A stretch of 64,000 nt of DNA from Candidatus Hydrogenedentota bacterium (GCA_034669905.1 JAXMOL010000004.1:1-64000), one strand, 5' to 3'. Numbered from the stretch's first letter, positions 9,955 through 19,213 are shown. The notes: a model not told the origin generated them from the sequence alone. Numbers and translations: made by a program.

Positions 9955-10545
9955 GTGCGCCGCGCACAGTTGGAACGAAGCACAAACGAAACCGCTATTT
10001 CCCTGGAAGTCGCCATTGATGGCAAAGGGGATTCGGATATCGACACCGGGGTCGGTTTTTTCGACCACATGTTGGATCATCTCGCCCGCCATGGGCTCTT
10101 TGACCTCACGGTGAAGGCCAAAGGAGACCTCCACATTGATGCCCACCACACGGTGGAAGATGTGGGAATCTGCCTTGGCAAGGCCTTCCTCGAGGCTGTA
10201 GGTGTACCCAAAGGCATCCGCCGCTATGGGCACGCGGTTGTTCCCATGGACGAAGCGCTGGCCGAAGTGGCTGTCGATTTCAGTGGTCGGCCCTATCTTG
10301 TCTTCAACGCTGATCTCCCGAAAGGTAGTCTGGGTAATTTTGATCTGGAGTTGGCGCAGGAGTTCATGCAGGCTTTTGCCGTCAACGGGCGGCTTACCCT
10401 CCACGTTAACCTGCGCTATGGTAGCAATACGCACCACTGCATCGAGGGGATTTTCAAGGCATTGGCCCAGGCATTGCGCCAGGCCCTGGAGATGGATCCC
10501 CGAAACACGGGAATCCCGTCGACCAAAGGAATGTTGGAATCGTGA
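9955..10545 (+). CDS. hisB: Imidazoleglycerol-phosphate dehydratase
   Basis: FFDHML, DAHHTVED, NTHHCIE and PSTKG motifs. Confidence 0.97.
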   Translation: MRRAQLERSTNETAISLEVAIDGKGDSDIDTGVGFFDHMLDHLARHGLFDLTVKAKGDLHIDAHHTVEDVGICLGKAFLEAVGVPKGIRRYGHAVVPMDEALAEVAVDFSGRPYLVFNADLPKGSLGNFDLELAQEFMQAFAVNGRLTLHVNLRYGSNTHHCIEGIFKALAQALRQALEMDPRNTGIPSTKGMLES

Positions 10546-11186
10546 TAGCCATCGTGGATTATGGAATGGGTAACCTGCGCAGCGCACAAAAAGGGCTGGA
10601 GCAGGTTGGCCACGAAGCGGTGATTACGGACGATGTGGGCTTGATCGAACGGGCGGACGGCGTCGTATTGCCCGGTGTAGGTGCATTCAAAGATTGTATC
10701 GACGGTCTTACGGAGCGTGGACTTGTGCCGGTGGTAAAAGCCGCTGCAGCCAGTGGTCGGCCCTTCCTCGGGATTTGCGTCGGTCTTCAACTGTTGTTTG
10801 ACTACAGTGAAGAGGGCGAGGGCGCCGAAGGTCTGGGTATTTTTGGTGGACGTGTCGTCCGCTTTCCGGATGCCGCCACCACCGGATTAAAGGTCCCTCA
10901 TATGGGATGGAACGCCATTACGCCCACCCAGAACCCCATGGCCTCGGAAATTCTATCCTATACGAGCAAAAGCCCGTATACTTACTTTGTACACAGTTAC
11001 TTTGCCCAACCGGAAGATCCCGGTATTGTGCTGGCGACCTGCGATTACGGGGTATCATTTCCGGCGATCGTAGGACGTGATAACATTTATGCAACGCAGT
11101 TCCATCCGGAAAAAAGTCAGCACGAGGGCCTGGCGATATTGAAAGCCTTTGGCAATAAAGTGGTTGCAGGTGCAGGTATTGCCTGA
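10542..11186 (+). CDS. hisH: Imidazole glycerol phosphate synthase, glutaminase subunit
   Basis: DYGMGNL, LPGVGAF, GICVG, PHMGWN and QFHPEKS motifs. Confidence 0.97.
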   Translation: MIAIVDYGMGNLRSAQKGLEQVGHEAVITDDVGLIERADGVVLPGVGAFKDCIDGLTERGLVPVVKAAAASGRPFLGICVGLQLLFDYSEEGEGAEGLGIFGGRVVRFPDAATTGLKVPHMGWNAITPTQNPMASEILSYTSKSPYTYFVHSYFAQPEDPGIVLATCDYGVSFPAIVGRDNIYATQFHPEKSQHEGLAILKAFGNKVVAGAGIA

Positions 11187-11201
11187 TCAGGAGGGAAGTC
11201 G

Positions 11202-12035
11202 ATGATCAAAAGAATTCTGGTGCCCACAGATGGCAGCGAATCTTCGGCGTTGGGGGTGGAATATGCGGTAAGTCTGGCCAAATCCTTTGATGCGCACATT
11301 CAGGGGATTTACGTCGTTGATGTGAAACTGCTTGAAGGGCCCTTTCTACAGGATCTTTCCGCCTCACTCGGTACCGCACCCTATGTGAATTACCAGGGCA
11401 ACATCTCGCTCCTCTTGGAAGAGCGGGGGAATAGTGCCCTCAAGTACCTTTCGAAAGCCTGTGAGTCGGCCAACGTGCCCTGCGAAGTGACGCAAGCTTC
11501 CGGTGTGGTTGCGAAGACAATCACAGACCACAGCGGCCTCGCTGACCTCATTGTGATGGGGCGGGGTGGAGAGCATAGCGAGTGGCTTGAAGGGCTTATC
11601 GGGTCCACGGCCGAGGCCGTCATCAGGCGCTCGACCTTACCGGTACTGATTACCGGGCAGAGCCGTGTCGGGCGGGACAACATCCTGGTTTCCTACGATG
11701 GTAGCAGCCATGCGAAGAATGCGTTGAAAACGGCCGTGGCATTTGCCGAAGTCTGGAAGACGAAATTGCAGATTCTGGTGGTGGGCGAAGAGTCCAGTAC
11801 CGAAGGCGTCGTCAGTAAGCTGCGAGGCTATCTGGATGCCCACGAAATCGAGGACGAGATCCTGCGGGCCGAAGGGGATCCCAGTGAAGTCATCGTCGAT
11901 ACGGCCGCCTCTGTAAATGCGGATCTCATCGTTATGGGCGCATATGGTCACTCAAAAGTTCGGGAGCTCGTGGTGGGTAGTGCAACAACGTATGTTATCA
12001 ATCATGCCGGTTGCCCTGTACTTCTGGCACGTTGA
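11202..12035 (+). CDS. Tandem-domain universal stress protein
   Basis: Two USP domains: ILVPTDGS...DLIVMG...GSTAE and ILVSYDGS...DLIVMGAYGHS...GSATT. Confidence 0.9.
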   Translation: MIKRILVPTDGSESSALGVEYAVSLAKSFDAHIQGIYVVDVKLLEGPFLQDLSASLGTAPYVNYQGNISLLLEERGNSALKYLSKACESANVPCEVTQASGVVAKTITDHSGLADLIVMGRGGEHSEWLEGLIGSTAEAVIRRSTLPVLITGQSRVGRDNILVSYDGSSHAKNALKTAVAFAEVWKTKLQILVVGEESSTEGVVSKLRGYLDAHEIEDEILRAEGDPSEVIVDTAASVNADLIVMGAYGHSKVRELVVGSATTYVINHAGCPVLLAR

Positions 12036-12066
12036 GTCGGTAGTAGAAACCTAAAGGAATGCTGTG

Positions 12067-12936
12067 ATGGACGAAGCCCTGATTGCTGAGCGGGTGAATG
12101 GATTTGTAGGCGATTTGCCAGCTCTTCCCTCCGTTGTTGCCGAAGTGCTTCGTATGACGGAGGACCCAGGGACTTCGACGGGAGAAGTCAGCGAAATAAT
12201 TCAGAGTGATCCGGCCATGACCGCGAAGGTCCTTCGCGTGAGTAATTCCTCCTACTACGGAATGAAGCAGTATGTCGGCACCCTGAAACTGGCGCTGGTC
12301 ATACTGGGTGTCCGTGAAGTGCGTAACATCGTCCTGGGGATTTCGGTCTTCGAGACGGTGAGCGATCGCAGTACGGATCTGAAAGTCGCGCAGGATATCT
12401 GGCATGGCTCACTCCGCACCGCGGGTATTTGTAAGAAGCTGGCGGAGTCGATGAAGCTGGGCTTGCAGGGGGAAGAGTTCATTGCTGGCCTTCTCGCTGA
12501 CATTGGGGTTATGGGCCTGCTTCGAAGTGAGGACACAACATACCGCGCCCTTTATGACTCGTTGGGAGAAGACCGGCTGGCCCTGCGAAAGGCAGAGCAG
12601 CTTCATTTTGGCTTTACCCACGCTGCGGTTTCCAAGGCGATGGCGGAGCGTTGGAATCTTCCCTACACCCTTTCCGATTCCTTAGGAATGCAGTATGCCG
12701 GGGAGAAGATTAGCCTGACGAATGCGAAAGATCCGAAGTTGGCCGCCCTCCTGCGCATTGCGCGCACCATAGACCACAACGAGGAAGGTACATCCCAGTT
12801 GACCCGTGCTCTCGCGGAAACCGAGGCTTGGTCCGTTTTAAAAGACGCCAAGCACCCGATCCCCGAAAAAGAGCGTCAACCATTGATTATGGAATATATC
12901 GAAGAGTTGAACGGAGTGGCGGCGATCCCCCTCTAG
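12067..12936 (+). CDS. HDOD domain protein
   Basis: LPALPSVV, DPAMTAKVLRVSNSSYYG, GLLADIG and GFTHA...ERWNLP motifs. Confidence 0.85.
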   Translation: MDEALIAERVNGFVGDLPALPSVVAEVLRMTEDPGTSTGEVSEIIQSDPAMTAKVLRVSNSSYYGMKQYVGTLKLALVILGVREVRNIVLGISVFETVSDRSTDLKVAQDIWHGSLRTAGICKKLAESMKLGLQGEEFIAGLLADIGVMGLLRSEDTTYRALYDSLGEDRLALRKAEQLHFGFTHAAVSKAMAERWNLPYTLSDSLGMQYAGEKISLTNAKDPKLAALLRIARTIDHNEEGTSQLTRALAETEAWSVLKDAKHPIPEKERQPLIMEYIEELNGVAAIPL

Positions 12937-12978
12937 GAATACCCCAATACGGGCAGGTTGAATTAAAGGCAGTATCCT

Positions 12979-13296
12979 ATGGCAGGCAAAGAAAAAGTTT
13001 CGATTAAACGGTCCGACCAATTCCAGGAGGTGGATGAGGAACTCTCCCGTGTCATGGAAGAGTTGGACATGACCATTGAGCGCGTCAGTGCGATTTTTGA
13101 TGGTAAATCAGAAGAAGATCTGGAAGCGCTCATCGCCGCCAAAGAAGATGAAGCGTCCGAAGAACGTGCACCCGAGTCTGCCGAAGTCACGGAAGTGAAC
13201 GGGGAGACTACGTCTGAGAACGACGCACCGGTCCCCGCCGCAGAGGTTGAAGCCACCGAATCGAAGGAAGACTCAGTGGAGCCGGATGCAGGATAG
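12979..13296 (+). CDS. Hypothetical acidic protein
   Basis: ATG with AAGG RBS, fills the gap in the operon. N-terminal helix followed by an E/D/A-rich tail. Confidence 0.65.
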   Translation: MAGKEKVSIKRSDQFQEVDEELSRVMEELDMTIERVSAIFDGKSEEDLEALIAAKEDEASEERAPESAEVTEVNGETTSENDAPVPAAEVEATESKEDSVEPDAG

Positions 13297-13326
13297 TCCT
13301 GTTCCGTCTCGCTGCCCCACCCGCCC

Positions 13327-14466
13327 ATGCATATTCTCATTACGGACCCCCACACCGATGGTGGCGGGCAGGTCCGTTATATCCAGTCTCTCGTGCGAGA
13401 ATTACTATCGCTGGGCCACCGTGTCACCATTGGTTGCCGGGCCAACAGCATCCTGGCGACGATCGCCGCCGATCTTGGCTGTGACTGCCTGCCGGAATTC
13501 CATTTTGCCCGGGGGCTACGGCTGCGCAAGTGGTATCAGGACGTGCAAACGATGGGGGCCTTCCTTCGTAAAGAGCGTCCGGATGTCGTGCATGTCAATG
13601 GCTCTCAAGACCACTGGGTGGCCGCGTTGAGCAAATGTTTCGGTCTCCGCGAAATCTGCCTGCTCCGTTCCCGTCACAATACCTACGTGGTAAAGGACAA
13701 CGTGACCAATCGGTGGTTGAATCGACGCATGACCGACTACCAGATATGTGTCTGTGATATGGTTCGCCGTGACTTGGCCGCCCACAGGTCCTTTGACGGA
13801 AGCCGGATGGTCGCGATTCACAACGGTGTCGATGCCGAAACCTACCGTCCCCAGAAAGCCTTGCGAGAGCAGGCCCGTTCGGAGCTGGGTTATGGTCCCG
13901 ATGACCTCGTGTGTGGTATCGCCGCCCGCCTGGTGAAAGCGAAAGGGCACACCTATCTTTTCCAGGCGCTTGCACAGTGTATTGAGACCATACCGCAGGC
14001 GAGGGTTCTGGTCTTGGGCCAGGGGGCGCTGGAGAAGACACTGGCGGAAGAAGTCAGGGCCCTTGGCCTCACGGATGTCGTCCAGTTCGGTGGTTTTCGA
14101 GATGGCATGGAGAAATGGATACAAGCCTTTGATATCGGAGTGCTTCCCTCGATAGACTGCGATACGTCGTCCTTCAGCCTGAAAGAGCAGATGGCCGCAG
14201 AGATTCCGGTGCTGACTTCCGACTACGGCGGACTGACAGAAATTGTCGACGACGGAGTGGAAGGCCGTGTGGTCCCTCACGGCACGGTAGCGCCCTTGGC
14301 GTCAGCGTTACAGGCATTATTGTTGGATGAGCAGGAACGAAGGGCGATGGGGCAGCGAGGTCGTCAGCGGGTGTTGCGTGAGTTCACCGGTTCCGTCTTT
14401 GCCGAACGGACTGTGAAGGCCTATGAACGGGCGAGGGAGATTGCCAGTGAACATACTTCATCTTGA
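13327..14466 (+). CDS. Glycosyltransferase family 4
   Basis: GGG...HNGVD, ARLVKAKGH and SDYGGLTEIV motifs (GT-B fold). Confidence 0.9.
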   Translation: MHILITDPHTDGGGQVRYIQSLVRELLSLGHRVTIGCRANSILATIAADLGCDCLPEFHFARGLRLRKWYQDVQTMGAFLRKERPDVVHVNGSQDHWVAALSKCFGLREICLLRSRHNTYVVKDNVTNRWLNRRMTDYQICVCDMVRRDLAAHRSFDGSRMVAIHNGVDAETYRPQKALREQARSELGYGPDDLVCGIAARLVKAKGHTYLFQALAQCIETIPQARVLVLGQGALEKTLAEEVRALGLTDVVQFGGFRDGMEKWIQAFDIGVLPSIDCDTSSFSLKEQMAAEIPVLTSDYGGLTEIVDDGVEGRVVPHGTVAPLASALQALLLDEQERRAMGQRGRQRVLREFTGSVFAERTVKAYERAREIASEHTSS

Positions 14467-15547
14467 CGAACAAACGGGTTGGCGTGGTGGTGAACAACAG
14501 GCCAGTTGGTTGATTCAAGGGACCGCCGCCAAGGGACACACCGTGTGGATTGCGGGCAAGGCAAACAGCCCCTTCCTCAATGCCGAGCACGGTGGTGCTG
14601 CGGTGGAGCGTATCGCCGTGCCCTTCTGGAATGAAGTGGATCCCGTTACGATTTGGAAGCTTGCCCAGCTCTGCATGCAGGAGCAGATCGACATAATCCA
14701 CGCCCATAGCAGCCATTCCCACATGATCGCGGCCCTCGTCGGTATCGTGGCGAGTCGCCCCTCGGTCGTGGTGTCTCGGCGGGTCAGCTTTCCCCCGAGG
14801 ACCGACTTCATCAATCGTTGGAAATACCGCGCGCCCGATCGAATTCTGGCTGTCTCCCAGAAAGTCGCCGACGTTCTCGCCGACTATGGGCTTTCGTCGA
14901 AGCAAGTGGTGCGGGTCTATAGTTCCATCGATGTAGAACGACTGAATGTTGAGGCGGCCGACCGGGGCGAATTGGGGATCCCCGATGACCTTCCTTTGTT
15001 TTTTAACGCCGGCGCACTGGTGGGCCACAAGGATCACGAAACCCTGCTTGAGGCCATCGCGCTGGTGCGGGATCGTATGCCCCGCTTTCATCTCCTCATT
15101 GCGGGCGAAGGGGCCCTTCGCCCGTCCCTGGAAAAACAGATTGCACGCCTCGATCTCGACGATTGGGTGACCCTTGCGGGCCATCGGGACGATGTGCCCC
15201 AATGGATGCAGGCCGCCGACTGCTATGTTTCCTCAAGCTGGTCAGAGGGCTTGGGAACATCGGTCCTGGAAGCCCTGGCCTGTGGAACGCCGGTGGTCGC
15301 CGCTGAAGCGGGGGGCATCCCGGAAATGGTACTCCCGGAGAAAACGGGGTATCTGGTGCCCAACAGAGATCCCGAGGCCCTGGCCGATGCGCTGGTGAAC
15401 TGTCTTGAGCATCCGAAAAAGGCCCGTCAGATGGCCGTGGCCGGTGAAAAACTGGTCCGAGACACGTTCTCTACGGCAAGAATGGTGGAAGACACCCTGG
15501 CCCAGTACCACGCGCTCGTGGCCGAGCGGTTGGGGCTAACGGCATGA
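14447..15547 (+). CDS. Glycosyltransferase family 4
   Basis: WRGGEQQ, KDH and EGLGTSVLEA (Ex7E) motifs. GTG start at 14447. Confidence 0.9.
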   Translation: MNILHLDEQTGWRGGEQQASWLIQGTAAKGHTVWIAGKANSPFLNAEHGGAAVERIAVPFWNEVDPVTIWKLAQLCMQEQIDIIHAHSSHSHMIAALVGIVASRPSVVVSRRVSFPPRTDFINRWKYRAPDRILAVSQKVADVLADYGLSSKQVVRVYSSIDVERLNVEAADRGELGIPDDLPLFFNAGALVGHKDHETLLEAIALVRDRMPRFHLLIAGEGALRPSLEKQIARLDLDDWVTLAGHRDDVPQWMQAADCYVSSSWSEGLGTSVLEALACGTPVVAAEAGGIPEMVLPEKTGYLVPNRDPEALADALVNCLEHPKKARQMAVAGEKLVRDTFSTARMVEDTLAQYHALVAERLGLTA

Positions 15548-16359
15548 GCGATTCTCAGGACCCGAAACTGGCCCCCGGTAAGCTTACCGTGCTCATTCTG
15601 GTACCCAATGCAGAAGAGAAAATTGCCCGGTGCCTCGAGAGTGTTCAGTGGGCGGACGATATCTTCTGCATCATCGATACGAAGACCAGCGACGGCTCCG
15701 AGGCCATCGTGCGTCAGTATACCGAGCACGTGGTCTTTCACACCTACGAGAACGCGGCCGCCCAACGCAATTGGGCGTTGCCCCAGGTGACAACGGAATG
15801 GACCCTGGTTCTGGATGCCGACGAGTGGGTTTCCGAGGCGCTTCGCGAACGGGTCCTCGCTATTGTCGCGGCCCCCGACAGTCTGCACGGGTACGATATC
15901 AAACGCTATTCCTATTTCTTTGGTCGACTGATTCGCCACTGCGGTTGGCATCGTGATTACAACCTCCGGCTTTTTCGGACGGCGGAAGGACGGTACCTGG
16001 ACAAGAAGGTGCACTCCCGGGTCGTTGTGGAGGGGGCCGTGGGGACTATCAATGACGTGATGTATCATGATACCTACAACAGCTTTGAGGAATACTTCAC
16101 CACCTTCCATCGCTTTACGACCTGGGGCGCCGAAGATGCCTACCAACGGGGTAAACGGGCCACCTTGTTAGACCTGACCTTTCGCCCGGCGCTCCGTTTT
16201 GTTAAAATGTATGTTTTTCGGCAGGGATTTCGTGACGGCTACCACGGCGCGGTCTTATGTGGACTGGCCGCCTGCTCCGTTTTTACCAAGTATGCCAAGC
16301 TGTGGCATCTGGCCCGCCAGGAATCTGCTTCTCCTCCGGACAACCGCGACGCATCATAG
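15544..16359 (+). CDS. Glycosyltransferase family 2 (WaaE/KdtX-like LPS core transferase)
   Basis: CLESVQWAD, QRNWAL, LDADE, RLFR, VHS and GFRDG motifs. Confidence 0.88.
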   Translation: MSDSQDPKLAPGKLTVLILVPNAEEKIARCLESVQWADDIFCIIDTKTSDGSEAIVRQYTEHVVFHTYENAAAQRNWALPQVTTEWTLVLDADEWVSEALRERVLAIVAAPDSLHGYDIKRYSYFFGRLIRHCGWHRDYNLRLFRTAEGRYLDKKVHSRVVVEGAVGTINDVMYHDTYNSFEEYFTTFHRFTTWGAEDAYQRGKRATLLDLTFRPALRFVKMYVFRQGFRDGYHGAVLCGLAACSVFTKYAKLWHLARQESASPPDNRDAS

Positions 16360-16374
16360 ACAGGTAGTAGTTTC

Positions 16375-18258
16375 ATGAGTTTGATACGGCTCGACCGCAT
16401 TCAGAAAAGTTTTGCAGGCCAGGAAGTGTTGACAGACGTCGACTTTCGGGTGGAAGAGGGGGAGCATATTGGCCTCATCGGTCGGAATGGGACGGGTAAA
16501 TCCACTATTTTCCGCTTGATTACGGGTGAGATGGATCCCGAACGGGGCACGGTGGACCGGATGAAACGGGTGCGGATTTCGTGCCTTTCCCAGCTCCATC
16601 GCGTGGAGGACAATAAGACCATCCACGATATCGTCATGGAGTCCTTCGCCGATATTCTCGAACTGGAGAAAGAACTCGCGGTACTCGAAGAACAGATGGC
16701 CTCTGGCGATCCGGAAATTCTCGATATCTACAGCGAAAAGCAAGAGATGTTCACCATTCGTGGGGGCTATGACTTCCGCGTTCGTGTGAAGCAGGTCCTG
16801 CAAGGGCTCGGCTTCTCCGAAAGTGAATTCGACCTGCCCTTCATGGTGCTCAGTGGGGGGCAACGGACCCGGCTCATGCTGGCGCTCGTGCTCCTTCAGG
16901 ATGCCGATCTGCTCCTCTTGGATGAGCCGGAGAATCACCTGGACCTGGAAGCCCGAGAATGGCTGGAGTCCTACCTCAAAGACTGTACGAAGGCCGTCGT
17001 CGTCATTTCCCACGATCGGCAGACCCTGAACCACGTGGCCAACCGCATCGTGGAATTGGAGCGGGGGCAACTGCGCAGCTATCCGGGCAACTATGATGCC
17101 TATCTGGAGCGCAAGGCCCTGCTGCGCGAACAAAATCAGGCCGACTACGACCGTCAACAGGAGTTCATTCGAAAAGAGCAGGCCTGGATAGATCGCTTCC
17201 GCTATAAAAACACCAAGGCGAAAGCCGTCCAGAGCCGGGTGAAGCGCCTGGAGAAAATGGAGCTGGTGGAACCGCCCCTCGCCGAAGCCAGTACTGTCCG
17301 GCTCAAGACGGGCGACGTGGCCCGCTCGGGAGAACTGGTGTTGGAAGCCCGTGAGTTGAGCATGGGATACGATGATCTGACCCTGTACGACTCCGTCTCC
17401 TTTAAAGTGAGTCGCGGTGAGCGGGTGGGGATTGTGGGACCCAACGGGACCGGGAAGACGACCCTCCTTCGCCAGTTGGCGGAACAGCTGGAAGGACGGT
17501 CGGGCGAAGTGTCCCTCGGTCACAAAGTCCAGCGGGGATTCTATGAACAAAACCACGAATCGCTGAACCCCTCCAACGATATTCTTACCGAGGTGCTCTC
17601 GGCCCGTCCGGAGTGGATTCCGGAACAGATTCGCACCTATCTGGGACGCTTTCTCTTTACGGGGGACGATGTCTTTAAGAGTATCGCGAGTTTGAGCGGG
17701 GGGGAAGTCAGTCGCGTGGCCATGGCCAAACTGCTACTCGGTGAGTTCAACCTCTTGCTGCTCGACGAACCGACCAACCACCTCGATCTTGTTTCGCGAG
17801 AAGCCCTCGAGAACCTCCTGGTAGGATACGAAGGCGCCATCATCCTCGTGAGCCACGACCGGACATTGATCGACAAACTGGTCGAAAAGCTCGTGGTGAT
17901 TGAAAATGGGAAAGCAACGGTGCACCTGGGCAATTATACCGACTATCGTTGGGGCCAGGTCGGTAAGCCGGAAGAGCCCACCGAAAAGACGACGGATGAC
18001 GTGCTCAAGATCCGCCGGGAAACAACGCGAAAGAAAAAGAAGAGTACCGATCGCGAGAAGAAAAAACAGAAGGACCAGTTGGCCAAACTGGAGCAGGATA
18101 TTGAGTCGATGGAGACCCTGATCAACGAGCTCGAGACCCAATTTACCCAGGTGGCTCCCGATGACTATCAGACCCTGGAGAAACTCAAAGGGGAGTATGA
18201 CGCCTTGAAGGCGGATCTTTCCGAGATGTACCAATCCTGGGAGTCCCTTGCGGGCTAG
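16375..18258 (+). CDS. ABC-F family ATPase
   Basis: Two NBDs (GRNGTGKS/LSGGQ/LLLLDEP and GPNGTGKT/LSGGE/LDEPTNHLD), a GNY linker, a C-terminal coiled coil and no TM domains. Confidence 0.93.
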   Translation: MSLIRLDRIQKSFAGQEVLTDVDFRVEEGEHIGLIGRNGTGKSTIFRLITGEMDPERGTVDRMKRVRISCLSQLHRVEDNKTIHDIVMESFADILELEKELAVLEEQMASGDPEILDIYSEKQEMFTIRGGYDFRVRVKQVLQGLGFSESEFDLPFMVLSGGQRTRLMLALVLLQDADLLLLDEPENHLDLEAREWLESYLKDCTKAVVVISHDRQTLNHVANRIVELERGQLRSYPGNYDAYLERKALLREQNQADYDRQQEFIRKEQAWIDRFRYKNTKAKAVQSRVKRLEKMELVEPPLAEASTVRLKTGDVARSGELVLEARELSMGYDDLTLYDSVSFKVSRGERVGIVGPNGTGKTTLLRQLAEQLEGRSGEVSLGHKVQRGFYEQNHESLNPSNDILTEVLSARPEWIPEQIRTYLGRFLFTGDDVFKSIASLSGGEVSRVAMAKLLLGEFNLLLLDEPTNHLDLVSREALENLLVGYEGAIILVSHDRTLIDKLVEKLVVIENGKATVHLGNYTDYRWGQVGKPEEPTEKTTDDVLKIRRETTRKKKKSTDREKKKQKDQLAKLEQDIESMETLINELETQFTQVAPDDYQTLEKLKGEYDALKADLSEMYQSWESLAG

Positions 18259-18455
18259 GAAACTTCCGTCCCCCCGGGAGGCATTCTGAGAAAAGTGCGG
18301 TGTGGGGGCAGGGTACGGATTTGGCGTGGACTTCGCGGGGCCCCGATTCGGGTGACTTGTCTAAGCCCTTGTCAGATAAGAATCAATCCCATGGCGTAAT
18401 AGATGACGGACTGGGTGGTAGAATAGGCAGAAAGCCGCGCTACATGGAAAAACAA

Positions 18456-18498
18456 TTGACAATAAAAGGTTTACATGGTATTACAATGTCTGTAAAAT
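18456..18498 (+). promoter_or_regulatory. AT-rich candidate promoter and operator of the micro-protein unit
   Basis: TTGACA(18456)-N17-TATTAC and TTTACA(18470)-N17-TAAAAT. Also a TTTACA-N15-TGTAAA inverted repeat. Confidence 0.55.
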
Positions 18499-18686
18499 AA
18501 TGCCAGATGATGGTCCCATCAACGAACGTGGTTACCCCATGGCACCACGCGCTGTTACGTTGGGCGAATCAGAAGCCACAACTCTAACTACAAAAGTGTT
18601 GGATGGGGAACGCACGCGGATCGTGGGTGAGCCCGATGGAATCACCCGATTCGGTCCGACCGCAGAAAAACAGGAGAACGTCTCGC

Positions 18687-18812
18687 ATGAAACACCACCG
18701 GTTGGTGAGCAAAATGCCGCAACAATCTCAGAGTAACTTTCAGTCGAAGGTTGATTTTATCGTCAGTCTGACAGAGCGGATCGTCGAATTCACTTTCAGT
18801 AAAACGGCATAG
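18687..18812 (+). CDS. Micro-protein A, 41 aa (MKHHRLVSKMPQQSQSNFQSKVDFIVSLTERIVEFTFSKTA)
   Basis: AGGAG RBS at 18672-18676 before ATG 18687. Clear paralogy to the next ORF. Confidence 0.7.
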   Translation: MKHHRLVSKMPQQSQSNFQSKVDFIVSLTERIVEFTFSKTA

Positions 18813-18834
18813 GTCCTGGAAAGGCGTCATAATC

Positions 18835-19047
18835 ATGAAATCACACCTTCGTTTTGTTACCAAGTCTCCCTCCTGTGCGCAGAGCAACTTTCAGATTAAG
18901 TTGCAGGGCGTACTTGATATTGTAGACACCCTGCTGCTCGCGCAGCGCCAGTCCATTTGGAAGGCATTCTTCCCTTCTGAAGGTGCGACCGGTGAGAGCG
19001 GCGGTACCGATACCGGTGGTGACCTCGGCCTCGGTGGCGATCAATAA
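18835..19047 (+). CDS. Micro-protein B, 70 aa, paralog of micro-protein A with a Gly/acidic tail
   Basis: MKSHLRFVTKSPSCAQSNFQIKL... with a GAAAGG RBS-like site, followed by a terminator. Confidence 0.7.
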   Translation: MKSHLRFVTKSPSCAQSNFQIKLQGVLDIVDTLLLAQRQSIWKAFFPSEGATGESGGTDTGGDLGLGGDQ

Positions 19048-19081
19048 GCCCTTCGCCCAAGCGATTCCAATAGAACTTATG

Positions 19082-19123
19082 ACACCCAAGACCCCGCGCA
19101 ATGCGGTGGGCTTGGGTGTTTTT
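19082..19123 (+). terminator. Intrinsic terminator
   Basis: ACACCCAAG-ACCCCGC-GCAAT-GCGGTGGG-CTTGGGTGT-TTTT. Confidence 0.8.
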
Positions 19124-19213
19124 CGTTGGAGGGAGACAACGGGGCATTTCGCCGAAAAAAATCCCCTCGGGAGCGAGGGGAAATGTAGAGGACGTTGACG
19201 TTGTAGTGGGGGA

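Noticed and set aside
18321..18337. Sigma54-like GG-N10-GC (TTGGCGTGGACTTCGC)
   Set aside because: The match to TGGCACG-N4-TTGC is poor and expected by chance at this GC content.
18500..18736. 78-aa ORF MPDDGPINERG...
   Set aside because: It has no RBS, starts at the predicted TSS, and overlaps the better supported micro-protein A in another frame.
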